A stretch of 38,067 bases of DNA, taken from IMG/VR virus record IMGVR_UViG_3300037310_000065, positions 1 through 38,067 of that record, one strand, 5' to 3'. The translations under genes were made by a program, and so were the position numbers. Under the pieces are notes generated by a model that worked only from the letters and a program-made list of their open reading frames with translations, was not told where the DNA came from and did not search any database. This DNA is from a virus (taxonomy: Duplodnaviria > Caudoviricetes). Shown piece after piece: positions 25,620-35,201 of this stretch (position 1 is the stretch's first letter; every line of letters begins with the position of its first letter).

Positions 25620-26885
25620 ATGCCGCTTTTTGGATCAGGAACAGGAACGCCAGTCACGTTAAACGCGAGCGTCAACAACGCATTCGCGGGAGCGGTGACG
25701 TTCAACATGCTCGTCGAGATGTTTCGTGAGTCGATGGATTTCGACGCATGGCATTTCTGGCAGTGGTCTGATTCTGCAAGCGCGACAGGGCTAACGGGTT
25801 CGCCACGAATACCGCTTGGCGCAAATTGTGATGACCTGTTGCGTCAGCACGCATACCAATCACAAGGCGCGCTGACACGCGATGACATTCGATCAGCATT
25901 GATGCATGCGGCGCAACTGATGGAATCTCATCTCGGATTCTCGCCGATAGGTCGATTTGTCAACCGTGAAAATCTGACGCTCGGACAATCGCGCGATGGC
26001 GCGCAATCGTTCAAAACGAGGCTCGGCGGCGTGACCGCGCTCGGAGAGGAAACGTTCAGCGTGTGGGGAAGCACGCCATTTGTTTACACGGACGACGACG
26101 GCGACGGTTTGATTGACACGTGGACGATAAACGTAGCGATTGGCGATCCAAACATCAACGTCAACACGTTTGTCGTTCTCACGCACTTAGCATCGGACGA
26201 CGTGACGTTCCCAGCGCGAGATTTCGATGGCGAGGGCGCGTATCGGTTTGCCGTGCCGTTTATTGCGTATTCGGTTGCGGCGGGGCAATATGAGTTCAAG
26301 GGGCGCGCTTGGACGAACGCATCACGCGAATTGTATGAGGGAGTGTATTCAAAAAAATCATCGCCAGTCGGATCAGGCGCGAACGACGCAGGGCTGAATC
26401 CGTATCACGTCGCAAACTACGCACCAACCGCGTATCTGTATCGACGTTACCCAGACGCGACAAAAGCAATTGAGTTTGCAGACAAACCGTGTACGTGCGG
26501 TTGCGGTGCAGAGGAGCAGTGTTCATGTGGAAGCTGCACAGGCGCAGCGATAGACGATTGCAGGCTCGGTTTGCATTGCGTGCATGGATGTTCGGCGCGC
26601 GCGTATGTGTCGTATTACAGCGATTGGACATGTGCGACGAGTGAATCGCCATACGCTGCGTTATTTGCGCTCGCTGCGTCGTTGATGAAGGGGAGGTGCT
26701 GTACGCGTGGACAGTCTGACTACGACACGATGCGCGAGGACTTGACGGAGTTTATCGGACAGACCGATAGATCAAGCTACACAGGTCTGCCGATAGCACG
26801 CACACCGTTTGGAACAACGCGAGGAGCGCTCCTCGCGTGGGACTATGTGACGCGAAACAAATTAAGTCGCGGCACAGTGATTTAG
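25620..26885 (+). CDS. Putative head-tail adaptor, Cys-rich
   Basis: Position before the tail tube gene; ALMHAAQLMESHLGF adaptor-like helix; Cys cluster. Confidence 0.5.
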   Translation: MPLFGSGTGTPVTLNASVNNAFAGAVTFNMLVEMFRESMDFDAWHFWQWSDSASATGLTGSPRIPLGANCDDLLRQHAYQSQGALTRDDIRSALMHAAQLMESHLGFSPIGRFVNRENLTLGQSRDGAQSFKTRLGGVTALGEETFSVWGSTPFVYTDDDGDGLIDTWTINVAIGDPNINVNTFVVLTHLASDDVTFPARDFDGEGAYRFAVPFIAYSVAAGQYEFKGRAWTNASRELYEGVYSKKSSPVGSGANDAGLNPYHVANYAPTAYLYRRYPDATKAIEFADKPCTCGCGAEEQCSCGSCTGAAIDDCRLGLHCVHGCSARAYVSYYSDWTCATSESPYAALFALAASLMKGRCCTRGQSDYDTMREDLTEFIGQTDRSSYTGLPIARTPFGTTRGALLAWDYVTRNKLSRGTVI

Positions 26886-26920
26886 AGATGTTGCGCGAAT
26901 AGCGCAGGAGGTAAAAACAC

Positions 26921-28429
26921 ATGGCTCAAACAGTAGTAGACAAAGGACACACGAACTCACCAGATGTCAATCAAATTTTCTGGCAATATGGCGGAAGTCA
27001 GTTCGCGAATTGTCCGACACAGCTCGGTAGCGATCTACTGAGCATCGCGGGCGGTGAGACGAGCGATGGCGACATCGAGCGCGAATACATCCGCTACGGC
27101 GGGAACTGGCACGTTCTGACTGAAACGATCAACCCGCCAGATGACGGCGAGACAGAGGTCACAATCAATCCGAAGGCGGGGACGCTTGCGCGGTTGGTTG
27201 CTGATCCGTCATGCGAACACACGATGTATCACGCATTCGTTGACGATTGCGGCGTGCTGAAGCGCGTTGTCGTGTATCCAGACATGCGCAGGCAGACCGT
27301 CGACGAAGGTGACATCTACAACGCACGCGAACCCGAAACGATGGAACAGACGGTCACCTATTCTCGCGCGGGGACGTATCCAATCGCGACCGTCAATCTT
27401 GGTCGCGTAGCAGATACGGAAATTGTTGACGGCGTTGCGGATGTTGTTTACGCAGGTGGCGCAAACTGTGGAGATTGCGGCGCGGCAAACGATGGCTCGA
27501 AAACGTGGTACGCGGTGACTGCGTCAGAGGTCATCTATCGCGTCGCGGGCAAAGAGAACGTGCAGCAGGCGACGGTCAACGGCATTCAGGTCGGCGACAC
27601 ACTCAATTCAATCGCTGTGTTTGGTTCACGGTTGGTCGTCGGGTTCTCGAACGGAACAAACGGCGGTGTGTTTTACGCGACGCTCGGCGCTGACGGCTCG
27701 GTTGGATCGTTTACGCGATTGTTGCTGACATCAACGGTCATCAACGACATCGAAGTCGATGGCGCGGGTCGTTTGTGGCTAGTCGCAAGTGGTGGGAAAG
27801 CTGGCTACACGACGAGCATCACGACGCTTGTCGCAGGTGATTTGAAAGCGACGGGCGTATCAACCGATCTTCTTCGCGTGAAAGCATACGGGAACTCGGT
27901 CGTTATTGTCGGCAACGATTTGACTGTTTTGCGCGCGACCGACAGTTCAAGTTTCGCTACGACGAGTTTCACAAACGTAAAAGGCACTGCGCCAGTCAGC
28001 ACAGATGACGTTCGCGCGGTCGCGATCAGAGATCGAAACACGGTCGTCGTCGGAACGTCAGCGGGGCGCGTGTATGCGACTGCGTTCGTTCAGACATCCG
28101 CGCCGCAGTGGTATGAGATCGACATCCCGAACGCAGGGACATCGCAAATCAACGACATAGCGTACGGGACGAACGAGGTGATGTACATCGCTCACGGCGC
28201 GAAAATCTACCGAAACGTCGCGTCGGGTTCTTCATGTGGCGTGTCGTCGCTCGCGTGGGGTGAGTCAACGTTCATGACTGGCTATGACGGAACAGCCGTC
28301 AGCATTTTGAGAATTGCTACGCCCGATAGCGGGAGCAAATTCGTTCGCGGAAACAACGTCATCGCTGGCGGTGTCGCGACGGGTGGGACAGACGGCATTC
28401 TGCTGGTTGGTGAACCTGCAATTTCGTAA
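26921..28429 (+). CDS. Major tail (tube) protein with a C-terminal beta-propeller-like extension (probable)
   Basis: AGGAGG RBS; directly upstream of the frameshifting chaperone and tape measure; repeated INDI/VRAVAI..VVVG blades. Confidence 0.6.
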   Translation: MAQTVVDKGHTNSPDVNQIFWQYGGSQFANCPTQLGSDLLSIAGGETSDGDIEREYIRYGGNWHVLTETINPPDDGETEVTINPKAGTLARLVADPSCEHTMYHAFVDDCGVLKRVVVYPDMRRQTVDEGDIYNAREPETMEQTVTYSRAGTYPIATVNLGRVADTEIVDGVADVVYAGGANCGDCGAANDGSKTWYAVTASEVIYRVAGKENVQQATVNGIQVGDTLNSIAVFGSRLVVGFSNGTNGGVFYATLGADGSVGSFTRLLLTSTVINDIEVDGAGRLWLVASGGKAGYTTSITTLVAGDLKATGVSTDLLRVKAYGNSVVIVGNDLTVLRATDSSSFATTSFTNVKGTAPVSTDDVRAVAIRDRNTVVVGTSAGRVYATAFVQTSAPQWYEIDIPNAGTSQINDIAYGTNEVMYIAHGAKIYRNVASGSSCGVSSLAWGESTFMTGYDGTAVSILRIATPDSGSKFVRGNNVIAGGVATGGTDGILLVGEPAIS

Positions 28430-28431
28430 AC

Positions 28432-28893
28432 ATGAAATCGATCACGTTTAGTTCTGGCGAAACCGTTTCGTTTAAACAGTCGTCGATCATGGAGCTGATG
28501 CTCGTGCACGACGAAACGATGCGCGGTTATGAAGCGGCGCATCCAAAACCAGATGCGCCGCTTGTCGAAACGAAAATCACCGAGAGCAAAACCGAAATGC
28601 TCCCCGACGCGAAAGCGCATGAGCGTTTGCTCGCGGAGTGGGACAGCGCGATGCAGTTGGCGGTCGCGCGAACGCTATCGCTCTACATCGCGCTCAGCAT
28701 CGAGCTAACAGACAAACAACGCAAAACAGCATCAGCGCATCGACGCTCGATGGCTGTGATCGTTGCGGCGTATGAAAACTACACCGACGAGCAAGCGTTT
28801 CTGTTGATGAATCTCAAAACTGTTGACGATCTAAACAACGTCATCACGATATTTTCCGAAGCGGATGTAGAGAAAGCAGTCAAAAAAAAATAG
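28432..28893 (+). CDS. Tail assembly chaperone (gpG-like)
   Basis: Ends GTC AAA AAA AAA TAG, upstream of tape measure. Confidence 0.8.
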   Translation: MKSITFSSGETVSFKQSSIMELMLVHDETMRGYEAAHPKPDAPLVETKITESKTEMLPDAKAHERLLAEWDSAMQLAVARTLSLYIALSIELTDKQRKTASAHRRSMAVIVAAYENYTDEQAFLLMNLKTVDDLNNVITIFSEADVEKAVKKK

Positions 28894-29156
28894 ACAGTTT
28901 TGACATTCGTTACAAAGGCGCGCCGATCACGCGACTGCCGACAGGGCGAGGAAGCGGGATAACGTATTCGCTCAGATACGACTACGCGCTCGCAGCGCAA
29001 CACGCGGGGTTCACATGGCGCGAGTTCATGGAAGCGTCATTCGACGCTCAGGTTGACGCGATTGCGTTGTATCGAGCCGAAAACATGACGCAGGCAGTTT
29101 TGAACGAACAAGCACAACGAGAAAGCAAACAAAAACATGGCGGACGAAAACGTTAG
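28890..29156 (+). CDS. -1 frameshift extension of the tail chaperone (gpGT-like)
   Basis: Not in the ORF track. The -1 frame after the A9 run is open for 88 codons (IDSFDIRYKG...GFTWREFM...HGGRKR*). Confidence 0.8.
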   Translation: MDSFDIRYKGAPITRLPTGRGSGITYSLRYDYALAAQHAGFTWREFMEASFDAQVDAIALYRAENMTQAVLNEQAQRESKQKHGGRKR

Positions 29157-31767
29157 TATCCGATTCGAGACGGAAGGCGAGGATAAACTCGACGCAGCTT
29201 TTCGGCGGATATTTTCGGCTGTCCGCGATTTGTCTAGCGAATTTCGATCAGGCTTTGCAAGCGGGCTACAACAAGCGCGTGATGAAATGGAGCGTGTCGA
29301 TTCCGCTGGCAGTAGCGCCGCAAACGGAATACGAAAAATAAAAAGCGCATCGGACGATGCACGCGGCAGCGTAACAAGTGCGTTCGACGCGATGAGCGCA
29401 AAAGCCGTCGCTGTCGGTGTCGTGATCGGCAACGCGATCACAAGCGGACTACGCATTGTCGGACGCGCTGCGGGGCAACTCGTGACGGACGGATTCGACG
29501 CGGTTGCGAAAGAGCAACGTTTGAGCGCGTCGCTCGAATCGTTGTTCGAGAAAGAACTGAAAGCAGCGAACACAGAGACGATCAGGATTGCAACTGGCAA
29601 GCGCCTCGTGGGCGTAATCAAAGAAGCGGGGAAGGGGTACGCGGAGCAACAAACGCGACTCGATGGGATCAACATATCAATCAGGCAAACAGAACATCGA
29701 ATAGCGACACTGCAAGCGAAACTTGCAAGCGGAAAAGTGAAGGATGTCGCGGGAATAAATCTACAACTTGAGGCAGCGCAGAACAGATTGCGCGCACTGA
29801 ATTTGAGCGCAGAAAAAACGTCAGGGAAAGTCGAGAAACTCGCGCCGAGCGCAGACACGAAATTCGTCACAACGTTCATCACGAAAACAAAACAAAAACT
29901 CAGCGTCGAGGAGTTGACGCAACGTGTGCGTGAACAAGCCGAAGCAGCAAAACTGTTCATCGAGAAACTAGCGATTCAATCTCCGTTCGAAAAAGGTCAA
30001 ATCGCGGAAGCGTTCAAACTCGCGCAGAACTACGGATTTATCGCATCAGGCGCGAAAACAGTCGCTGAGGCGCAGAAAAAGGGCTTGATTACCGCGCAGC
30101 GTGTAACACAAGCGCTTGTTGATCAGGCAGCGGCGACGGGTCAATCTGAGGAAGCGGTCGCGGGGTTGGCGACGGCGTTGGGACAAATAAAAGCAAAAGG
30201 GAAAGTCAGTGCGGAGGAATTGAATCAACTGCGCGAACGCGGATTTGATGTAACTGGCGTTCTGCGCGATCTCGGTGTGACGCTGAAGCAGGTCGAGAAA
30301 GGCAAGGTCGGCGCGGACAAATTTATCGAGCAGGCGATCAAAAATGTTGAGCGCGATTTCGGCGGAGCAGCAGCACGTCAGTCGGGCTTGTTGTCAGGTG
30401 TTCTAGCGTCGTTCGCAGACATCAAAACGATAGGGCTGACGAAACTGTTTACACCAATCACGGACGCGCTGTTGCCAACGCTCAATCAACTGGCGGCATT
30501 CCTGCAGGACGAACGAGTCGGCAACGCGCTAAAAACGTTTGGCGAGCGAATAGGGGGGGGGATTCGGACGATCATTCAATCTGCAACGGCGTTGCTTCCG
30601 CGCGTCATCGTTATATTTTCGAATCTCGTAACATCGATCAGAGGAATACCGTTCAGCAGCATATTTGACGAACTGCGCGGCGCAATCGCTGGCATCGTCG
30701 CGTTTGTCGTGTCGAGTGGAATCATTCCGCAGATCGTCGCGTTGTTCTCTGGTCTCGTTAGCGCGATCAGTTCGAGCGGTTTGTCAGGTGTTTTTACGAC
30801 GTTGGCGCGTGGCATATTGAGTGTGTTGTCACCTGTCAATCTATTGATCGCATCTGCGACGTTACTCAGCGCAGCAATCGCGACGAATTTCGGCGGACTC
30901 GGTGACGCAGTCACACGCGCGTTCGATCAGATACTGCCGGCGCTGCAGTCGTTTGGCGCGTGGTTATCAGAGCGGTTGCCGCAGGCAGCCGCGACGGGAC
31001 AGAGATTCATTAGCGAAATACTCGTTCCAGCGCTGCGGACGCTGGCATCATTTGTAGCCACAAACGTCATCCCGTTACTCGCCAATTTTGCGGTTTGGTT
31101 TCTGACGAATTTACCTATCGCAATCGACGCGACGGTTCAGTTTCTCGACGGCACGCTATTCCCTGCGCTGAACGTGTTGTGGAATTGGTTGCGCGACAAC
31201 TTGCCGCGCGCGATCGATTTTCTCGTTGGCGCGTGGGGGTCTCTGAGAGCGAAAATAGATGATGTCGTGAGCGTTGTGTCTGATTTCATCAGACGCGCAG
31301 GCGACGCGATTTCATTTATCAGAGAAAAATTAAACGACGCGCTATCTGTTGCGGCGCGCGCGTTTGGCTCGGTCAGAAATGCGGTCGAGGATTTGACCGC
31401 GAGTTTTAGCAGCGCGATCAATTTCGCGCGTGGTCTGATTGATCTCATCCGCAAAATACCCGCGAGCATCCCGAACCCGTTTGCAAACGCATCCCCCCCC
31501 CCAGCGGTGACGCCTGGCAGCCCGTCGCCGTTCGAGAAAAGCCTCACGCGAACGTTCGCGTTGCTCAAGGAGATCAACGCGACGGGAATGTCGTTCGCGC
31601 CACAGTTGTCACCTGTCAGCGTGCCGATGAGCATCGCGCGTCCAGCTGCGACGACGCGCAGCGTTTCACGTGATGTTCACGTTAGCGTAAACGTAAACAG
31701 TATCTCGTCAGAAATGGATTTAGATCATGTTGCGCGTCGCGTCGCGGCTCGCATTCGCGGACGGTGA
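29137..31767 (+). CDS. Tape measure protein
   Basis: 876 aa, helical; QSPFE and ALGQIKAKGKVSAEELNQLRERG motifs; periodic W/F repeats. Confidence 0.95.
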   Translation: MADENVSIRFETEGEDKLDAAFRRIFSAVRDLSSEFRSGFASGLQQARDEMERVDSAGSSAANGIRKIKSASDDARGSVTSAFDAMSAKAVAVGVVIGNAITSGLRIVGRAAGQLVTDGFDAVAKEQRLSASLESLFEKELKAANTETIRIATGKRLVGVIKEAGKGYAEQQTRLDGINISIRQTEHRIATLQAKLASGKVKDVAGINLQLEAAQNRLRALNLSAEKTSGKVEKLAPSADTKFVTTFITKTKQKLSVEELTQRVREQAEAAKLFIEKLAIQSPFEKGQIAEAFKLAQNYGFIASGAKTVAEAQKKGLITAQRVTQALVDQAAATGQSEEAVAGLATALGQIKAKGKVSAEELNQLRERGFDVTGVLRDLGVTLKQVEKGKVGADKFIEQAIKNVERDFGGAAARQSGLLSGVLASFADIKTIGLTKLFTPITDALLPTLNQLAAFLQDERVGNALKTFGERIGGGIRTIIQSATALLPRVIVIFSNLVTSIRGIPFSSIFDELRGAIAGIVAFVVSSGIIPQIVALFSGLVSAISSSGLSGVFTTLARGILSVLSPVNLLIASATLLSAAIATNFGGLGDAVTRAFDQILPALQSFGAWLSERLPQAAATGQRFISEILVPALRTLASFVATNVIPLLANFAVWFLTNLPIAIDATVQFLDGTLFPALNVLWNWLRDNLPRAIDFLVGAWGSLRAKIDDVVSVVSDFIRRAGDAISFIREKLNDALSVAARAFGSVRNAVEDLTASFSSAINFARGLIDLIRKIPASIPNPFANASPPPAVTPGSPSPFEKSLTRTFALLKEINATGMSFAPQLSPVSVPMSIARPAATTRSVSRDVHVSVNVNSISSEMDLDHVARRVAARIRGR

Positions 31768-31770
31768 CAC

Positions 31771-33156
31771 ATGGCAGTTCAATATGATTTTATCAATCTG
31801 ACAGACGACGTAACACTCGTCGCGCTGCATGGCGGTTTGCAGTTCGTTGGCGATGTCGATTTTGGAACACCGCAACTTGATACACAGTCAACGAGTCCAG
31901 AAGCTGACGGCGGCGAGCTGCAACGCGCGTTCTATCGCAACGTGTCGGGCAGTATGCGTATTGCGTATTCATGTCACGACGACGCAGTTGCAGCGCGCGC
32001 GACGATTTCACGGTTGCTGCAGCAGGCGCGCGTCAAACAATCGAGCGGGTCGGGTCGTCGTGTGTTCATCAAAACGCGGCGCGCGCGGACGGACGAGGTA
32101 TATCGCTCGGAGATTCTCGCGGGGACGATAGCGATGAGCGCTGACGATGATCGCGTTCTGATTTTCGAGTTCACGCGCCGATATTATTTTGAGTCTGAGA
32201 CGCTGACGCAGGTTCGTAATCGGCGACACTCGGGCGAATCGTTCATTAATCAGTCACGAATCCATAATCACACGGCATCGTTGCAGGGTCAGTACAACCG
32301 TCTGTATTTGGAGAGCGTTACAGGCGACGTGCCGACGCCGTGTTTGTTTCGTTTCTTTAATCCTGACGATGGATTTCTCGCAGAGGTGCACGATGTCTAT
32401 ATCGGACATTTTGTGGAACGCTCAGGAGAGTTGTCGCACATCATACAGGGTGAGGCACATGCCGTTCAGAAACCAACAACCGCAGACCAATCATATTCTG
32501 ACGGTTATTACGGCGAGTTGACATTGTCAAACACTGTGCCTGTGTGGTCGGGTGTGATTTCGCCTACGTTTCTCGATAGAGCGGAAGGTGATTATTTCCG
32601 ATTGATCGGATATTTTCGGGGTGCGATGCCATCAACGACAACGTTATTACGTGTGACGATCGAGCAGAACACGCAAACATTTTGGGCAAGCGATTGGGCA
32701 ACGCTCAAACATGCGCAGCCAGTCGATTTTATTGATTTTGGATTAGCGCAAATTCCATCAACATTCATCGGTGGGAGCGGAATAGACACAACGTATATCA
32801 GGATCTACTCGTATCAGGAAACGGTCGGGGGTCTGCTCGGTCTCGATTATTTTCAGCTGATGCCAGCACGATCTTTTCGTCGATTGGCAAATGTGGGCTA
32901 TCCGACGCCCGTGAACAATTATCTCGCGGACTTCGCGACTGATAAATTGTTGTACGCATACGTCTTGTTGGCTGGTGTAGAGGGAGTGAAAAACAGCAAC
33001 TACGTCGCCGTAGGCGATGAGATCATGCTCTATCCAAACGAAACTAACGTTTTGTATCTAAACCTTTCACCACTGACGCTTTTTGCGATACAGGGTGACG
33101 TTCGGCATGCACTAGAGGTGCAGACATACTACCGCGCTCGCAAATTGTCGCTATGA
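31771..33156 (+). CDS. Distal tail-like protein
   Basis: First gene after tape measure. Confidence 0.55.
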   Translation: MAVQYDFINLTDDVTLVALHGGLQFVGDVDFGTPQLDTQSTSPEADGGELQRAFYRNVSGSMRIAYSCHDDAVAARATISRLLQQARVKQSSGSGRRVFIKTRRARTDEVYRSEILAGTIAMSADDDRVLIFEFTRRYYFESETLTQVRNRRHSGESFINQSRIHNHTASLQGQYNRLYLESVTGDVPTPCLFRFFNPDDGFLAEVHDVYIGHFVERSGELSHIIQGEAHAVQKPTTADQSYSDGYYGELTLSNTVPVWSGVISPTFLDRAEGDYFRLIGYFRGAMPSTTTLLRVTIEQNTQTFWASDWATLKHAQPVDFIDFGLAQIPSTFIGGSGIDTTYIRIYSYQETVGGLLGLDYFQLMPARSFRRLANVGYPTPVNNYLADFATDKLLYAYVLLAGVEGVKNSNYVAVGDEIMLYPNETNVLYLNLSPLTLFAIQGDVRHALEVQTYYRARKLSL

Positions 33157-35201
33157 GTGGTTATTCGGTCGTTTTCCTCGACAAAACAACATTGGCAAAG
33201 CCGCTTAATGTGCCTGCCAGTTTGTCTTTTGTCGTCGAACGCTACCGCAAACGCGATTTATTTGGGTGCGCGTCTGCTGAGATCAGCGTGCGCGGCGACC
33301 TGCGATTGTTGCTTGGACTGTCTCAGTATTTGCGGTGCGGCGTCGAGATCATCTCGGACGAAAACGGCGAGTGCGTGTGGTGGGGCTATTTGAATGAAAT
33401 TGCTACGCGCGTCGGGAAAATAAATCTACATACGACGCTCGACGAAATGGCAAACACTGTCGCGGTCGCGTACATATTGAACACGCAGGATCAATCGACG
33501 CGCGAAACGACGAGCTGGCGAATCGCTCCGCTGAGCGTAAATGAGTATGGAACAAAAGAGTTGCTACATAGCGCAGGCGATTCTACGAAAACGCAGGCAG
33601 ACGCATTAGCTATTCGCATTCTGACCGAACAATCGCAGCCGATCACACGCACATCGATTGCAGACGGCGAACAGGGCGTCGCTACGCTAACGTGTCTCGG
33701 TTGGGGAGAGACATTGAGCTGGCGGTATTACAAAAACGTACTGTCTGCGCTCGGGAATTACGCGAATGTGCCTCAGCAAACGCAGAGCGCGAATCTCGCG
33801 TATTTGCCTGAGCCAGAGGATTCGACGGTTAATGTTGGCGATGTCGCTGCATCGACGATGTGTGCGATGCAGGTTCTGGTACCGGGAACTCAGGCGAGCA
33901 TCCTCAGAAAAATACAAGTCAAATGCGTGAAAATCGGGTCGCCGACAGACGATTTGATTTGCGATGTGTATTCCGAGACAGGCGCAAATGCGCCTGCGGT
34001 TTTGCTCACGTCATCGCGTGTTCCGTCGTCATCTGTTAGCACGTCGCACGCGATCGAGGATTTCACGCCAGAGACGGAAGTCGCGCTCGCAGCAAACTCG
34101 AAAATTTGGCTGGTGCTGCGGCGCGCGGGGACGAACAACTCGGCGAATTACTATCGATGGACTGGGAAACTCGGACTGACGTATGCCGATGGTGTCGCAA
34201 AACGATTTGACGGCACAGCATGGCAGACGTTGCCGCCGACGTTCGCGGATCAAGATTTGTTTTTCTCGATTGAGTTGTCAGACACGCCGAACGTCGATAT
34301 TGGCGCGGTCGATCAACGTCGATACGTCGAGTGGTTTTTTTATTACACGTACAGCACGTCGTACGTCATCAACGAAATCGGCATTTGGCTTGCGCGGCAG
34401 GGCAACCCCGTCGACAGCGTGCAGGTCGAGGCGTGGCTTGTCGACGGTAGCGGGAACATTTTGTCGTTTCTCGGACTCGGCAGCGTGGTTGCGAGCAGTG
34501 TGCCGACCACATTCGGGCGCGTGAGCGTGTCGATAGCGACGACGACGCTTGTTGCGTCAGGCAGTCGAATAAAAATTCGCGTATCACGGACGGGCGCAGT
34601 CGATGCGTTTAATTTTGTCCGAATGCAGATCGACCCGTCGCGGTCAGATTATGCCGTCGATGTTTACGATTCGTCGAACGTCAAAACTGACTACACGTCG
34701 AGCGCGGTGTTCGACGCAACTCCGTCGGGCGAGAGTGCTGCGCAAATAAAACAGATTGTGACATCGGTCGGTCAGTTCATCACTGGTGTTGACACGCTGG
34801 AAACGACGGGCGTCTACAGTCCCGTTAATCGTGACGGCGACAACACGGCGTATGACATCATCGCCGCGATTTGCGAGGCAGGATGCGACGACGGACGACG
34901 AGTGAGCGTGGAGATTTCGCGCGATAGACGGTTACGAATACGCAGAGAGCAAAACAAAAATCAGCAAACGTATCTCATCAACCGCGACGGCGAGCTGATT
35001 TATGGCGTGACACGAGCGATCAGAAAAAATCAGGCGGTCGTCGGCGTGTGGGCAAAATTTCAGGACGCGATCTACACGGCGAAACTGAACGATGCGGTGT
35101 TTGTGACGGAAAATGAATTTTCGGTCGCATCTGGGACGAGCGATTTGGTGCTGCGAAATTCGATTAGCGATTTTGCAATTCCATCGGTGAGGCAGGGATG
35201 A
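33153..35201 (+). CDS. Tail tip/hub protein with two inserted beta-sandwich repeats
   Basis: VWWGY N-domain; two similar inserts (KIGSPTDDL.. and RQGNPVDSV..). Confidence 0.6.
   Translation: MSGYSVVFLDKTTLAKPLNVPASLSFVVERYRKRDLFGCASAEISVRGDLRLLLGLSQYLRCGVEIISDENGECVWWGYLNEIATRVGKINLHTTLDEMANTVAVAYILNTQDQSTRETTSWRIAPLSVNEYGTKELLHSAGDSTKTQADALAIRILTEQSQPITRTSIADGEQGVATLTCLGWGETLSWRYYKNVLSALGNYANVPQQTQSANLAYLPEPEDSTVNVGDVAASTMCAMQVLVPGTQASILRKIQVKCVKIGSPTDDLICDVYSETGANAPAVLLTSSRVPSSSVSTSHAIEDFTPETEVALAANSKIWLVLRRAGTNNSANYYRWTGKLGLTYADGVAKRFDGTAWQTLPPTFADQDLFFSIELSDTPNVDIGAVDQRRYVEWFFYYTYSTSYVINEIGIWLARQGNPVDSVQVEAWLVDGSGNILSFLGLGSVVASSVPTTFGRVSVSIATTTLVASGSRIKIRVSRTGAVDAFNFVRMQIDPSRSDYAVDVYDSSNVKTDYTSSAVFDATPSGESAAQIKQIVTSVGQFITGVDTLETTGVYSPVNRDGDNTAYDIIAAICEAGCDDGRRVSVEISRDRRLRIRREQNKNQQTYLINRDGELIYGVTRAIRKNQAVVGVWAKFQDAIYTAKLNDAVFVTENEFSVASGTSDLVLRNSISDFAIPSVRQG

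Noticed and set aside
29037-29960. 307-aa minus-strand ORF
   Set aside because: Antisense shadow of the tape measure gene
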